A program made the position numbers and the translations under genes. Shown in pieces: positions 1 to 8,646 of a DNA stretch of 64,000 nt. The notes below the pieces were generated by a model, which was not told where the DNA came from, searched no databases, and worked only from the letters and a program-made list of their open reading frames with translations. The DNA is from an uncultured Gammaproteobacteria bacterium (lineage in GTDB: Bacteria; Patescibacteriota; Microgenomatia; JAMCZE01): positions 537,984 through 601,983 of the forward strand of contig CAZXMM010000001.1 in the NCBI GenBank assembly GCA_964641255.1, written 5' to 3'. Numbering within the stretch: the stretch's first letter is position 1; every line of letters starts with the position of its first letter.

Positions 1-895
1 GTGATGTCCCAATTTTCGGCCGTTTAACTACTAATACTATTAACCCAAGAAGTGAAAAGAGAAATAATGGCGGTGTTAAGTAACTGCTTAACCACCTACT
101 ACTAAGCTCCATGTTAGGAGTAAAAAGTGCTCCAAAAGCGGGAGAAGCCAGTTTGGCCCCCGGAGTATAGTCCAAAGATTTTCTAATGTATTCAAAATAT
201 CCCGTCGAAACGATGTTAATGTTGGCTACGATCTGACAAGTTAAAACGGCGCACAATAACAAAAAAACAGTACCCCTTGTTAATAAAGGTCGTGTTTGCA
301 CCAAAAATACTAGTGGGGTAATGCCTAAATATAAAATGGCCGGGGATTTACTCAGAAAGGCAAATCCTAAAAAAAGTCCCCACAAGAGTGCGTCCCTTAG
401 TTGCCTTGTCCGAGCCGTCCTACAGGCTAGGTAAGCACCCATTGTCATCATGGCAGCTAGTTGGCTGTCATAAAGAAGCATCCGGTCATGAAATAGGAGA
501 AATGGAGTGAGAATAGCTATTAAGGCTGCTAAGAGTGCCACCCTCTTTGACTTAAACCATAAATAAGTAAGTCGGTAGGTGGCAATTATAGTTATTGCTC
601 CAAAAAATACTGAGGGTAGCCTACCTGCCAAAAGGTAAAGGTGTTCTGGTAAGATCTTGAGAAAAAAAGCCACCATCCAGATGAGGGGAAAAGCCTTACC
701 TGAAGTGAAACTAATAAACAAATGACTATTGGAAACCGCAATTCGTTTTGCCCACATCAGATAGTTAGCTTCATCAAAAAAGATGGGTAGGAGATCGAGA
801 TTAATTAGGCGTGTTACAAGGTAAAGACATGCTAAGATGACACTAATGAAAATAAATAGTTTATCCCTGTTATTTTTTAGTCTCTTAACCCTCAT
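1..895 (-). CDS. GT-C fold glycosyltransferase (ArnT/PMT, GT39-like), runs off the left window edge
   Basis: Not in the ORF track; translated by hand from ATG 895: MRVKRLKNNRDKLFIFISVILACLYLVTRLINLDLLPIFFDEANYLMWA...LAGRLPSVFFG...TPFLLFHDRMLLYD...FLSKSPA. DE motif after TM1, many TM helices. Confidence 0.8.
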   Translation of the reverse strand, partial: MRVKRLKNNRDKLFIFISVILACLYLVTRLINLDLLPIFFDEANYLMWAKRIAVSNSHLFISFTSGKAFPLIWMVAFFLKILPEHLYLLAGRLPSVFFGAITIIATYRLTYLWFKSKRVALLAALIAILTPFLLFHDRMLLYDSQLAAMMTMGAYLACRTARTRQLRDALLWGLFLGFAFLSKSPAILYLGITPLVFLVQTRPLLTRGTVFLLLCAVLTCQIVANINIVSTGYFEYIRKSLDYTPGAKLASPAFGALFTPNMELSSRWLSSYLTPPLFLFSLLGLIVLVVKRPKIGTS

Positions 896-2438
896 TGTTA
901 CCTTCCCTTTGGCTCTACATTTGAATACTCTTATTCTTGATCGTTATGACGGATTGTTAATTACTTGGATTATCAATTGGAATGTTCATAGTTTTAGTTT
1001 GGGACTTCCAGGGATTCTTAATTATTTTAACGCCAATATCTTCTTTCCTTATCATAACACGCTTGCTTTCTCTGATTACCATTTCTTAAACGGCCTAATT
1101 GCCCTGCCCTTCGTCTTTATTACTGGTGAACCGCTCGTAGGCTACAATATTAACTATCTTCTAGGATTTAGTCTTACTGCTTGGGCAATGTTTCTTCTCA
1201 TAAGATCCCTCACGCGAGATACTAGGTGTGCGCTCCTTTGTGGCACACTGTTTTCCTTCTCTATGATCCACTTAAGCTACATGACCCATTTGCAGCTGTT
1301 TGATTTTTACCCGGTAATTTTTGCTACCCACTTCTTATTACAACGTCGCTTCCTTCTTTTTCTTTGTACGTTTATCCTCGCTGTCTTGACTATGCCCCTC
1401 AACATTTTCTTTCTACTCGCCGTGGTAACTAGCTACTTTCTTACCATAAAAAGGGATGATAAAAGGCTTTTACTTTCTGCTGTCGTAGCTTGGGCAGTGA
1501 GTGGACTACTATTACTTCCTTATGTTTTTGTTTCTCACGAGTTTAATTATGTTCGCCCAATCCAAGAAGTCATCCACTTTTCTCTTAAATATCCAGACTT
1601 GGTTCGCATTAACGAAAGTAGTCGCCTTGTCAGTTTTTTAGGATCACAAGACTCAGGTACCCCCGCATTTTTTGGAGTCATATTTCTCCTTCTATTGTTA
1701 ATTCTTTTCTGGCAACGCCTAAGAAATTTTTCCTTGATTACTCCTAGCCCACAACTTAACTTTGCTTTTCTCCTCGGTGCTCTGTCTTTTATTCTCTCTT
1801 TTGGCCCGGCTTTCCACGTGGTTACCCATACAATTCGGGCTGGGTTTCTGCCCTTTATTCCCATGCCGTATCTTATTCTTTACTATCTCTTGCCTGGATT
1901 TTCTGGCTTTCGGACTCCATCTCGCTGGATACTTCTTAGTGCCTTCGCCCTAGTAATTGCTATTGGCATTCATTTTAAAAGAAAGATTTCCTCAGTAAGT
2001 CTCAGCTTCCTCATTGCTCTTATTCTTTTAGAGATTAATTTGCCCTTTTCCTACATTTTGGTACCGACTGTCAAAGACTTTCCACCAGAACAAGCGTGGT
2101 TGAAGGCTAATTCTAGTGGCCAAGCCATTATTCAATTCCCCATTTACAATTGGGCTGATTTTGACGGAGTTGGCGAGGAGACACTTAGGATGTACTATTC
2201 AACAATTCATTGGCAGCCAATGTTTAATGGCTACTCCGGATTTTTTCCTGAAGCGTGGCAAAACAAAGTGGGCTGGTTGAGAAAAGAGTTTCCCTCGACT
2301 AAAACTTTACAGTTTCTTAAAGATAAACAGATAAAATTAATTTTGGTTCCAGAAGGTTGGAAGGCTAGAATGCTACCCTTTAACCAAGTAGAATTGATAG
2401 AGGAATTTCCCAACACTTTAATTTATAAGCTGCAATGA
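846..2438 (+). CDS. Multi-pass membrane protein, YfhO-like/GT-C glycosyltransferase-like
   Basis: Many TM segments; NANIFFPYHNTLAFSD, GFRTPSRW and NGYSGFFP motifs. Start 846 preferred over 837 (TAAGAT lies 7 nt upstream). Confidence 0.65.
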   Translation: MKINSLSLLFFSLLTLIVTFPLALHLNTLILDRYDGLLITWIINWNVHSFSLGLPGILNYFNANIFFPYHNTLAFSDYHFLNGLIALPFVFITGEPLVGYNINYLLGFSLTAWAMFLLIRSLTRDTRCALLCGTLFSFSMIHLSYMTHLQLFDFYPVIFATHFLLQRRFLLFLCTFILAVLTMPLNIFFLLAVVTSYFLTIKRDDKRLLLSAVVAWAVSGLLLLPYVFVSHEFNYVRPIQEVIHFSLKYPDLVRINESSRLVSFLGSQDSGTPAFFGVIFLLLLLILFWQRLRNFSLITPSPQLNFAFLLGALSFILSFGPAFHVVTHTIRAGFLPFIPMPYLILYYLLPGFSGFRTPSRWILLSAFALVIAIGIHFKRKISSVSLSFLIALILLEINLPFSYILVPTVKDFPPEQAWLKANSSGQAIIQFPIYNWADFDGVGEETLRMYYSTIHWQPMFNGYSGFFPEAWQNKVGWLRKEFPSTKTLQFLKDKQIKLILVPEGWKARMLPFNQVELIEEFPNTLIYKLQ

Positions 2439-3187
2439 TTTCTATCTGTATTCTTACTCATAACAACGCAAGAACACTAGAAAATTGCCTAAACTCCGTT
2501 TCTTGGGGGGATGAAATAGTTGTGGTGGACGATAATTCTACAGATGGTAGCGTGGCTTTAGTAAAAAAGATTATCCCTAAGGCCCGTATATTTACAAGAT
2601 CACTAGAAGGAAACTTCGCGGCTCAAAGAAATTTTGCTCTAGAGAAAGCAACGGGGGACTGGGTGCTTTTTGTTGATTCAGATGAAGTAGTAACTTTTAG
2701 ACTGCGAGTGGAAATTGAGTCGGCGATTAAAGCACAAAAGACCAATGGCTTTTTGCTAAGCCGCCACGATATATTTTTTGCCAAGAGATTGCATTTTGGG
2801 GAGACAGGGCAGATTCGTCTTTTGCGTTTGGGGAGAAAAGGCAAAGGAAAGTGGAAACGCGAGGTACACGAAAAATGGGAGATTGAAGGAAGGATTATGG
2901 CAATATCTGCCCCTCTTGAACATTATCCCCATCCTACTATTAAAGAATTTGTTCATGATCTTAATTTTTACACCTCAATTGATGCCGCTTATATGTACTT
3001 TAAGGATGGTATTCGTTTCAGCTATTTCCGTGTTGTAGCTAATCCTCTTGGGAAGTTCTTACACAACTTCTTTTTAAAGTTGGGATTTCTCGATGGGAGA
3101 GCTGGATTTATTATAGCTGTTATGATGAGCTTACACTCTTTGCTAGTAAGAGTAAAACTCTATGAGTACAAAACTAAAGCCGACTAA
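2435..3187 (+). CDS. Glycosyltransferase family 2 (WaaE/KdtX-like)
   Basis: ISICILTHN, VVDDNSTDGS, QRNFAL, DWVLFVDSDE, VHE, GFLDGRAG motifs. Confidence 0.9.
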   Translation: MISICILTHNNARTLENCLNSVSWGDEIVVVDDNSTDGSVALVKKIIPKARIFTRSLEGNFAAQRNFALEKATGDWVLFVDSDEVVTFRLRVEIESAIKAQKTNGFLLSRHDIFFAKRLHFGETGQIRLLRLGRKGKGKWKREVHEKWEIEGRIMAISAPLEHYPHPTIKEFVHDLNFYTSIDAAYMYFKDGIRFSYFRVVANPLGKFLHNFFLKLGFLDGRAGFIIAVMMSLHSLLVRVKLYEYKTKAD

Positions 3188-4373
3188 GGCCCACTTACCC
3201 CTTATGAAAATTATCATCGGCTTACTGCTATTGCTATTTTCCTTGGGCCAACTAGGACGGCTGAATATTTTTGGTTCGGAGTTAGTTATTCACCTCAATG
3301 ATGTGGCCGTTGGTTTATTTGTGCTTGGCACATTCATTTGGAAGCGGGCGACCCTAATTTCTGTGGTAAAGAGGGACCCCCTGTCACTTCCACTCGTCCT
3401 ATGGATTGGAGCAATGAGTTTATCACTTATTATCAACAGTATGCGCCTTTCCCTCTCTGAGCTCGTGATTTCGTCACTGTACGCCGTGCGCTTTGTTGCC
3501 TATACTGGAGTTTACTTTGCTGTTAAGCTGACACTGACTAAAGACATTGAATCCTTCTGGGGCAAAGGGCTAGTCTTAGCTACCGTAGCAGTAGCGGGAG
3601 TAGGAGTTTTGCAATACGTCTTTATTCCCGACGTCTCCTTTCTGCAAGCCACTTCCTGGGACGATCACTACTACCGGCTAATTTCTACATTTTTTGACCC
3701 CGGCTTTACCGGAGCAATCTTGGCTCTGGGGTTATTGGTGGCCTTTTTAGGCCGAAAACACAAATCCGACTGGGGAGTAATTACTCTTATCTATCTTGCC
3801 CTGGCGCTGACCTATTCTCGGGCCTCGTTTCTTCTCTACATGGCCGGATTTACGATCATTGCGCTTTGGCAGCGGTCGACAAAGCTTTTTATTGGAGCGG
3901 CTCTGCTTCTTGTGATCACCATTGCTCTGCTGCCTAATAATATACAAAGCGAGGGGACGCAACTTAACCGCGAAAATAGTGTGTGGTCAAGAATTAATAA
4001 TTGGCAGCAAAGCATTACTATATGGACCAAGGCCCCTCTCTTTGGTCACGGGTTTAATACCTACCGATATGTACAAAGGGATCTTGGGTACCTTAGGCCC
4101 GAGCTCATTAATGAAAGTCACGCAGCAGCGGGGGCTGACTCCTCCCTACTATTAGTATTAGCAACTACGGGAGCCGTCGGGTTAGGCGCCTACCTTTATT
4201 TGCTTTTTACAATGGCCAGACTGGGAAGATATAACAGTCTTTTTTTAGCGAGCTTTGCTGGGGTAGTGGTGCACAGTTTTTTTAATAATACACTTTTCTA
4301 TGCGTGGATTATGGAGTGGCTATGGATACTGTTGGCTCTCGTCCCACTTAGAGAACCAAAAAAAGTCTCTTAA
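3162..4373 (+). CDS. O-antigen ligase/Wzy_C family membrane protein
   Basis: RLISTFFDP, LTYSRAS, PLFGHGFNTY, LATTGAVG, HSFFNN motifs; multi-TM. Confidence 0.8.
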   Translation: MSTKLKPTKAHLPLMKIIIGLLLLLFSLGQLGRLNIFGSELVIHLNDVAVGLFVLGTFIWKRATLISVVKRDPLSLPLVLWIGAMSLSLIINSMRLSLSELVISSLYAVRFVAYTGVYFAVKLTLTKDIESFWGKGLVLATVAVAGVGVLQYVFIPDVSFLQATSWDDHYYRLISTFFDPGFTGAILALGLLVAFLGRKHKSDWGVITLIYLALALTYSRASFLLYMAGFTIIALWQRSTKLFIGAALLLVITIALLPNNIQSEGTQLNRENSVWSRINNWQQSITIWTKAPLFGHGFNTYRYVQRDLGYLRPELINESHAAAGADSSLLLVLATTGAVGLGAYLYLLFTMARLGRYNSLFLASFAGVVVHSFFNNTLFYAWIMEWLWILLALVPLREPKKVS

Positions 4374-5086
4374 GGTTCGTATTTTATCGTCACTTCTTTT
4401 ACTGTTTCATTTCCTGCTTCATCCCGAGCCGTGATTTTAATTTTGTTCTCGCCATTATTCATCTGGAAAATATAATTGAAGTTTCCCGTTCCTGAAACGA
4501 TTGCCAAGTGTTCATTAACAATCACGGTGTTATCTGGATCGGTGCTGCCACTAATTTGTAGTGGGTTTTCCCTCACTGTATCTCCCTCTTTGGGGTTAGT
4601 AAGATCAAGCTTGGGAGCTCCGGTTAGGAGTCTGACAGAGTAATTGTCTGAGGCTGGACTTTTGCCACCACTTTTGCTGATGGCTACCGCTGAAAAGGTA
4701 TTGGTATTTTTTTCTAAATCCACTATCATCTCAAATTTCCCCATTTCGTCAGTTGTGGCGGTGCCAAGTAGGCGGTCGTTCTGATATATTTCTACTTCGG
4801 TCTCACTGTCTGAACGACCGGAGAGAGTAATACTTGCTGACTTAGTAGCCGAGAAGTTTTCAATAAATTGTGGTTGACTGGGAATAATCATGGTGGTGTC
4901 CTCAGCCCTGCTTGCCCCACCGTGCCTTACCCCACTGATCAGCCCAGTAAGACCAAAGACCGCCTGGGTGCCGAAGGTAACGAGCAGCAGGATGGTAACA
5001 ATAGAGCCCGCCAATAGTAGGTAAGTATTGCGTTTGGCTTTTTGTGCCTGGCGACTGCGTAAACGGGAGCCGTAATTCTTTTCCAC
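4370..5086 (-). CDS. Membrane-anchored protein with two bacterial Ig-like domains
   Basis: Single N-terminal TM, then beta-rich repeats (ITLSGRSD, GENKIKITARDEAGNET). Start GTG 5086 or ATG 5101. Confidence 0.7.
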   Translation of the reverse strand: MEKNYGSRLRSRQAQKAKRNTYLLLAGSIVTILLLVTFGTQAVFGLTGLISGVRHGGASRAEDTTMIIPSQPQFIENFSATKSASITLSGRSDSETEVEIYQNDRLLGTATTDEMGKFEMIVDLEKNTNTFSAVAISKSGGKSPASDNYSVRLLTGAPKLDLTNPKEGDTVRENPLQISGSTDPDNTVIVNEHLAIVSGTGNFNYIFQMNNGENKIKITARDEAGNETVKEVTIKYEP

Positions 5087-5136
5087 ACCCAATATTAGCA
5101 TATCCGTGCTAGCTTCGTGTTAAAATTCTTCAGGGT

Positions 5137-5208
5137 GCCGAAGTGGCTCAGTGGTAGAGCAGCTCTTTCGTAAAGAGCGGGTCGAGAGTTCGATTCTCTC
5201 CTTCGGCT
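5137..5208 (+). tRNA. tRNA-Thr(CGT)
   Basis: Cloverleaf GCCGAAG...CTTCGGC; anticodon arm GCTCT-TTCGTAA-AGAGC; T-loop TTCGATT; no encoded CCA. Confidence 0.95.
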
Positions 5209-5224
5209 CAAGGAGTTAATAGTA

Positions 5225-6661
5225 GTGAAAGTAAAAGACATTTATCAAAAGTTTGGCATTCCTCCGAACCTGCAAGACCACATGGTTCAGGTTTCCGGTA
5301 TTACAACCTTCATTGAAGGTCATTGGAAAAAAGCAGCGCCCACTGTGGATTGGGATTTGGTGAAGAAAGTGGCTCTTCTCCATGATTTGGGCAATGTCGT
5401 AAAATTTGATTTGGATCGTCACGTTGATTTTCTTAAGGGAGAAGAGGCAAACATTGATTACTGGCGAACGATGCAAAAAAAGATTATCGATACTTATGGT
5501 GTTGATGATCATGAGGTAACAAAAAAGATGCTTCAGGAGATCGTCATGAGTCAAGAAGCTATTGATGTAATTCAAAGTAAGGGTCTTAGTAATGCCATGG
5601 CAACAATGGATTCAGACAACTGGTCATTAAAGATTCTGTTTTACGCTGACATGCGAACATTGCCTAGTGGCATTGGTTCCCTCTCCGAACGCATGGACGA
5701 TATTGCAAAGCGTTTGCCTAAATACGGTCTGCGACCCGATTTCCAAGAACTTGTTGATGCGTGTCATGAAATCGAACGCCAAATTCAGGCAAATATTGAT
5801 GTTTCAATCTTGGACATAACCGATCGTTCTGTGGAATCGAACCCCCACGCCTTTTTGGAAATTGATGTGAGTAAGAGATTAATGAATGTTCTCTTTGATT
5901 CCATAGGGAGAACTTACGGTCTGACGCGAAAAGCCGACCCTCGAATAGTAGCAAGGCTTATTGAGCTTTTGGGCCTTCCAAAAGGATCAATAATTGCAGA
6001 TGTTGGTGCCGGAACGGGGAATTATAGCGCGGCGTTAACTGAGGCAGGCTACCGAGTTATTGCTGTAGAACCATCAATTGTTATGCGCAGCCATGGCAAA
6101 CAGCGAGTCGGGCTGGAGTGGAGAGATGGCTGGGCCGAAAATCTTCCAGTTGAGGATTCGTCGGTGGATGGAGTGATTTGCACAGCTGCCATTCATCACT
6201 TTGATGATATCCCACAAGCCTTATCTGAGATGGCCCGAGTGGTTAAAGTAAATGGTTCTATTGTGATTTTCAATGCTAAGCACGCAGACCGAAAAAACGT
6301 TTGGATTGATGATTATTTTAATCCCGAAACAACGAATACCTATCCTAGTTCAGTGGAAATAGCTGATAAACTTGACGATTTCCTTCATTCAAAAGCGGAC
6401 GTGGAACCATTCATGATTCCCCATGACATTGATGACATGTTTTTTATTTCCGGGTGGCGTCGTCCGTGGTTGTATCTTGATAAGACATTCTGTGACAACA
6501 TCTCTCCTCTTGCTAAAGCGCCAGAAGCAAAATTGACCGCCTTTCAGAATAAATTGCGGAAGGATTTACTGTCTGGTAAATGGCTAGAGAAATACGGAGA
6601 AATCCTCAAAAAAGACAGCATTGATTCAGGCTACTTTTTTGTTTATGGTAAAAAGTCCTAA
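5225..6661 (+). CDS. HD-domain phosphohydrolase fused to class I SAM methyltransferase
   Basis: N-half: LQDHM, LLHDLGN, YADMR. C-half: ADVGAGTG, AENLP, AIHHF. Confidence 0.8.
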   Translation: MKVKDIYQKFGIPPNLQDHMVQVSGITTFIEGHWKKAAPTVDWDLVKKVALLHDLGNVVKFDLDRHVDFLKGEEANIDYWRTMQKKIIDTYGVDDHEVTKKMLQEIVMSQEAIDVIQSKGLSNAMATMDSDNWSLKILFYADMRTLPSGIGSLSERMDDIAKRLPKYGLRPDFQELVDACHEIERQIQANIDVSILDITDRSVESNPHAFLEIDVSKRLMNVLFDSIGRTYGLTRKADPRIVARLIELLGLPKGSIIADVGAGTGNYSAALTEAGYRVIAVEPSIVMRSHGKQRVGLEWRDGWAENLPVEDSSVDGVICTAAIHHFDDIPQALSEMARVVKVNGSIVIFNAKHADRKNVWIDDYFNPETTNTYPSSVEIADKLDDFLHSKADVEPFMIPHDIDDMFFISGWRRPWLYLDKTFCDNISPLAKAPEAKLTAFQNKLRKDLLSGKWLEKYGEILKKDSIDSGYFFVYGKKS

Positions 6662-6685
6662 TGAAGCCGTTCCGGAAGAGGTTGA

Positions 6686-7153
6686 CTAATTTCCACGTCT
6701 TAGCATTATCGTTCCTTGTCCCTGCTCCATAGGACTAAATTCAATCGTCTGGCTATCATCGAATTGGGGAGGCATAGTTTGCGCTTCAGCTGCTCCTTGG
6801 TATTCATTACCTGGATAGGTCGGAGCCATTCCTTGACCAAAGCCGCCACCCATATACATCATTTGCATTTGCTCTAATCGCCGCACGCGTCGTTCTAAAT
6901 CATTATGTCTTTTTTGCATTTTGCAATGCCTCATTTGCAGTAGGAGAGCTTTCTTACGGTTAACCATCATCTCTTCCTGCACTCTTGTCGAAGGGGCCAC
7001 AGAGGTGGTTTGCCTTTGTCCAAGCAGGGGAGCGAGACGATTTTTGATTTCCACTTTGTTGTTTTGATAGGCAATGCCGAGGATAAAAGCGGCGACTGCT
7101 ACCATGACGAGAAGGATTCCTCCGGTGGCGTATTGCCGTTGTTCGTAAGTCAT
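6686..7153 (-). CDS. Hypothetical single-TM protein with coiled coil and Q/M/G-rich tail
   Basis: 155 aa ORF; TATAAT 7 nt upstream of the ATG. Confidence 0.6.
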   Translation of the reverse strand: MTYEQRQYATGGILLVMVAVAAFILGIAYQNNKVEIKNRLAPLLGQRQTTSVAPSTRVQEEMMVNRKKALLLQMRHCKMQKRHNDLERRVRRLEQMQMMYMGGGFGQGMAPTYPGNEYQGAAEAQTMPPQFDDSQTIEFSPMEQGQGTIMLRRGN

Positions 7154-7289
7154 AGTTATTATTATACACCCTGTGCAAAGTCCCAGAATTCCCTTACTAT
7201 AACTGTTCGTCAGTAGTGACTATTAAGCATTAACAAAGTGGTTTTTCTCTTGCTATACTAGCTCTGATAAAAGTTAGGAGGTGAGTTAA

Positions 7290-7778
7290 TTGGAAGAAAC
7301 CAAAAAATCCTATCTTAAATATGTTGTCCCAGTCAGTATTATTGCAGTCGTTGTGGTAGCCGCGGTGGTTGTTTATACCACCCAAATGGCTGGTGACAAG
7401 GCAGCGATGAAGCAAACCGCTCCGGTAGAGGTAGTTGAGGTGGCACCAAATGATGCCATGATGCAACAAGAAAACGCGAGTGGTTATAAGGATGGTACTT
7501 ACACTGTCACCGGCAAGTATGTTTCTCCTGGTGGGCCCAGAGAAGTGGGTGTAACCGTTACGCTTAAAGACGGAATCGTTACAGATTCTACTTTTGAAGG
7601 GCGGGCCACTGATCCCGCTTCAATGCGGTTTCAAAAAGAATTTGCTGAGGGCTACAAAGCTATGGTGGTGGGAAAACCCATCGAAGATCTAGCTTTGACT
7701 AAAGTGTCCGGATCGTCACTAACCCCAAAAGGATTTAATGACGCTCTTGAACAAATCAGGGCTAAGGCTCAGTCATGA
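7290..7778 (+). CDS. Membrane-anchored FMN-binding (FMN_bind) flavinylation substrate protein
   Basis: N-terminal TM; YKDGTYT, VTVTLKDGIV, KVSGSSLTPKGFNDAL; strong SD AGGAGGTG before TTG; adjacent to apbE. Confidence 0.85.
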   Translation: MEETKKSYLKYVVPVSIIAVVVVAAVVVYTTQMAGDKAAMKQTAPVEVVEVAPNDAMMQQENASGYKDGTYTVTGKYVSPGGPREVGVTVTLKDGIVTDSTFEGRATDPASMRFQKEFAEGYKAMVVGKPIEDLALTKVSGSSLTPKGFNDALEQIRAKAQS

Positions 7779-8644
7779 TCACGTTCGATGCTATTGGTAC
7801 GAGCTGGTCAATTAATGTCTTTGAAACACTAAGGCAGACTGATAGTGGGTTACTAAAAGACGCTATTTCTCAACGAATTAGCGTCTTTGACAAAGCCTAC
7901 TCTCGGTTTAGGAGCGATTCTTGGGTCAGTGAAATTGCAAAAAAGCAGGGTACCTACACCATTCCTCCTGACGGCGAGCCAATGTTCTCCCTTTACGAAA
8001 AGCTCTACAAGTTAACTGGTGGAGCTATGACTCCTCTGATTGGTAGGGCAATGGAGGAAGCTGGCTACGATGCTAACTATTCCCTGGTTCCTAAAGAGAT
8101 TCACACTGTTCCTACTTGGGAGGAAGTGGTGGCATTTTCTTTCCCAAAATTAGAACTAAAAGCGCCGGTCCTTTTTGACTTTGGAGCCATGGGCAAGGGG
8201 TATTTGGTGGATATTGTGGGAGGAGTGATGGAAGATCGGGGTGTGACTAACTATTGCATCGATGCCGGGGGAGATATTTTGTATAAAACAAGTAGTAAAA
8301 AACAGCTAGAAGTCGGACTTGAGCATCCAGGAGACAAATCGCAAGTTATTGGGGTGGCAACTATCCTTAATCAGTCCATCTGTGGTTCGGCAGGAAATAG
8401 ACGAAAGTGGGCAAATTTTCATCACGTAATAGATCCTCACACGTTAACCTCTCCCAAAGAGATTTTGGCCACCTGGGTAGTAGCCAAGACCGCTATCTTA
8501 GCTGACGCTCTTACTACCGCACTTTTCTTTGCTAAACCGGAAATATTAATACCAGAGTTCGAATTTGACTACTTAGTTATTGATGAAGACTATCAAGTTG
8601 ACAAGTCAGAAAACTTTCCTGCCACCCTGTATTATAAAGAGTAA
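7775..8644 (+). CDS. apbE: FAD:protein FMN transferase
   Basis: FDAIGT, YSRFRSDS, DFGAMGKGY, IDAGGDI, HHVIDP, ADALTTALF. Confidence 0.93.
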   Translation: MITFDAIGTSWSINVFETLRQTDSGLLKDAISQRISVFDKAYSRFRSDSWVSEIAKKQGTYTIPPDGEPMFSLYEKLYKLTGGAMTPLIGRAMEEAGYDANYSLVPKEIHTVPTWEEVVAFSFPKLELKAPVLFDFGAMGKGYLVDIVGGVMEDRGVTNYCIDAGGDILYKTSSKKQLEVGLEHPGDKSQVIGVATILNQSICGSAGNRRKWANFHHVIDPHTLTSPKEILATWVVAKTAILADALTTALFFAKPEILIPEFEFDYLVIDEDYQVDKSENFPATLYYKE

Positions 8645-8646
8645 CT

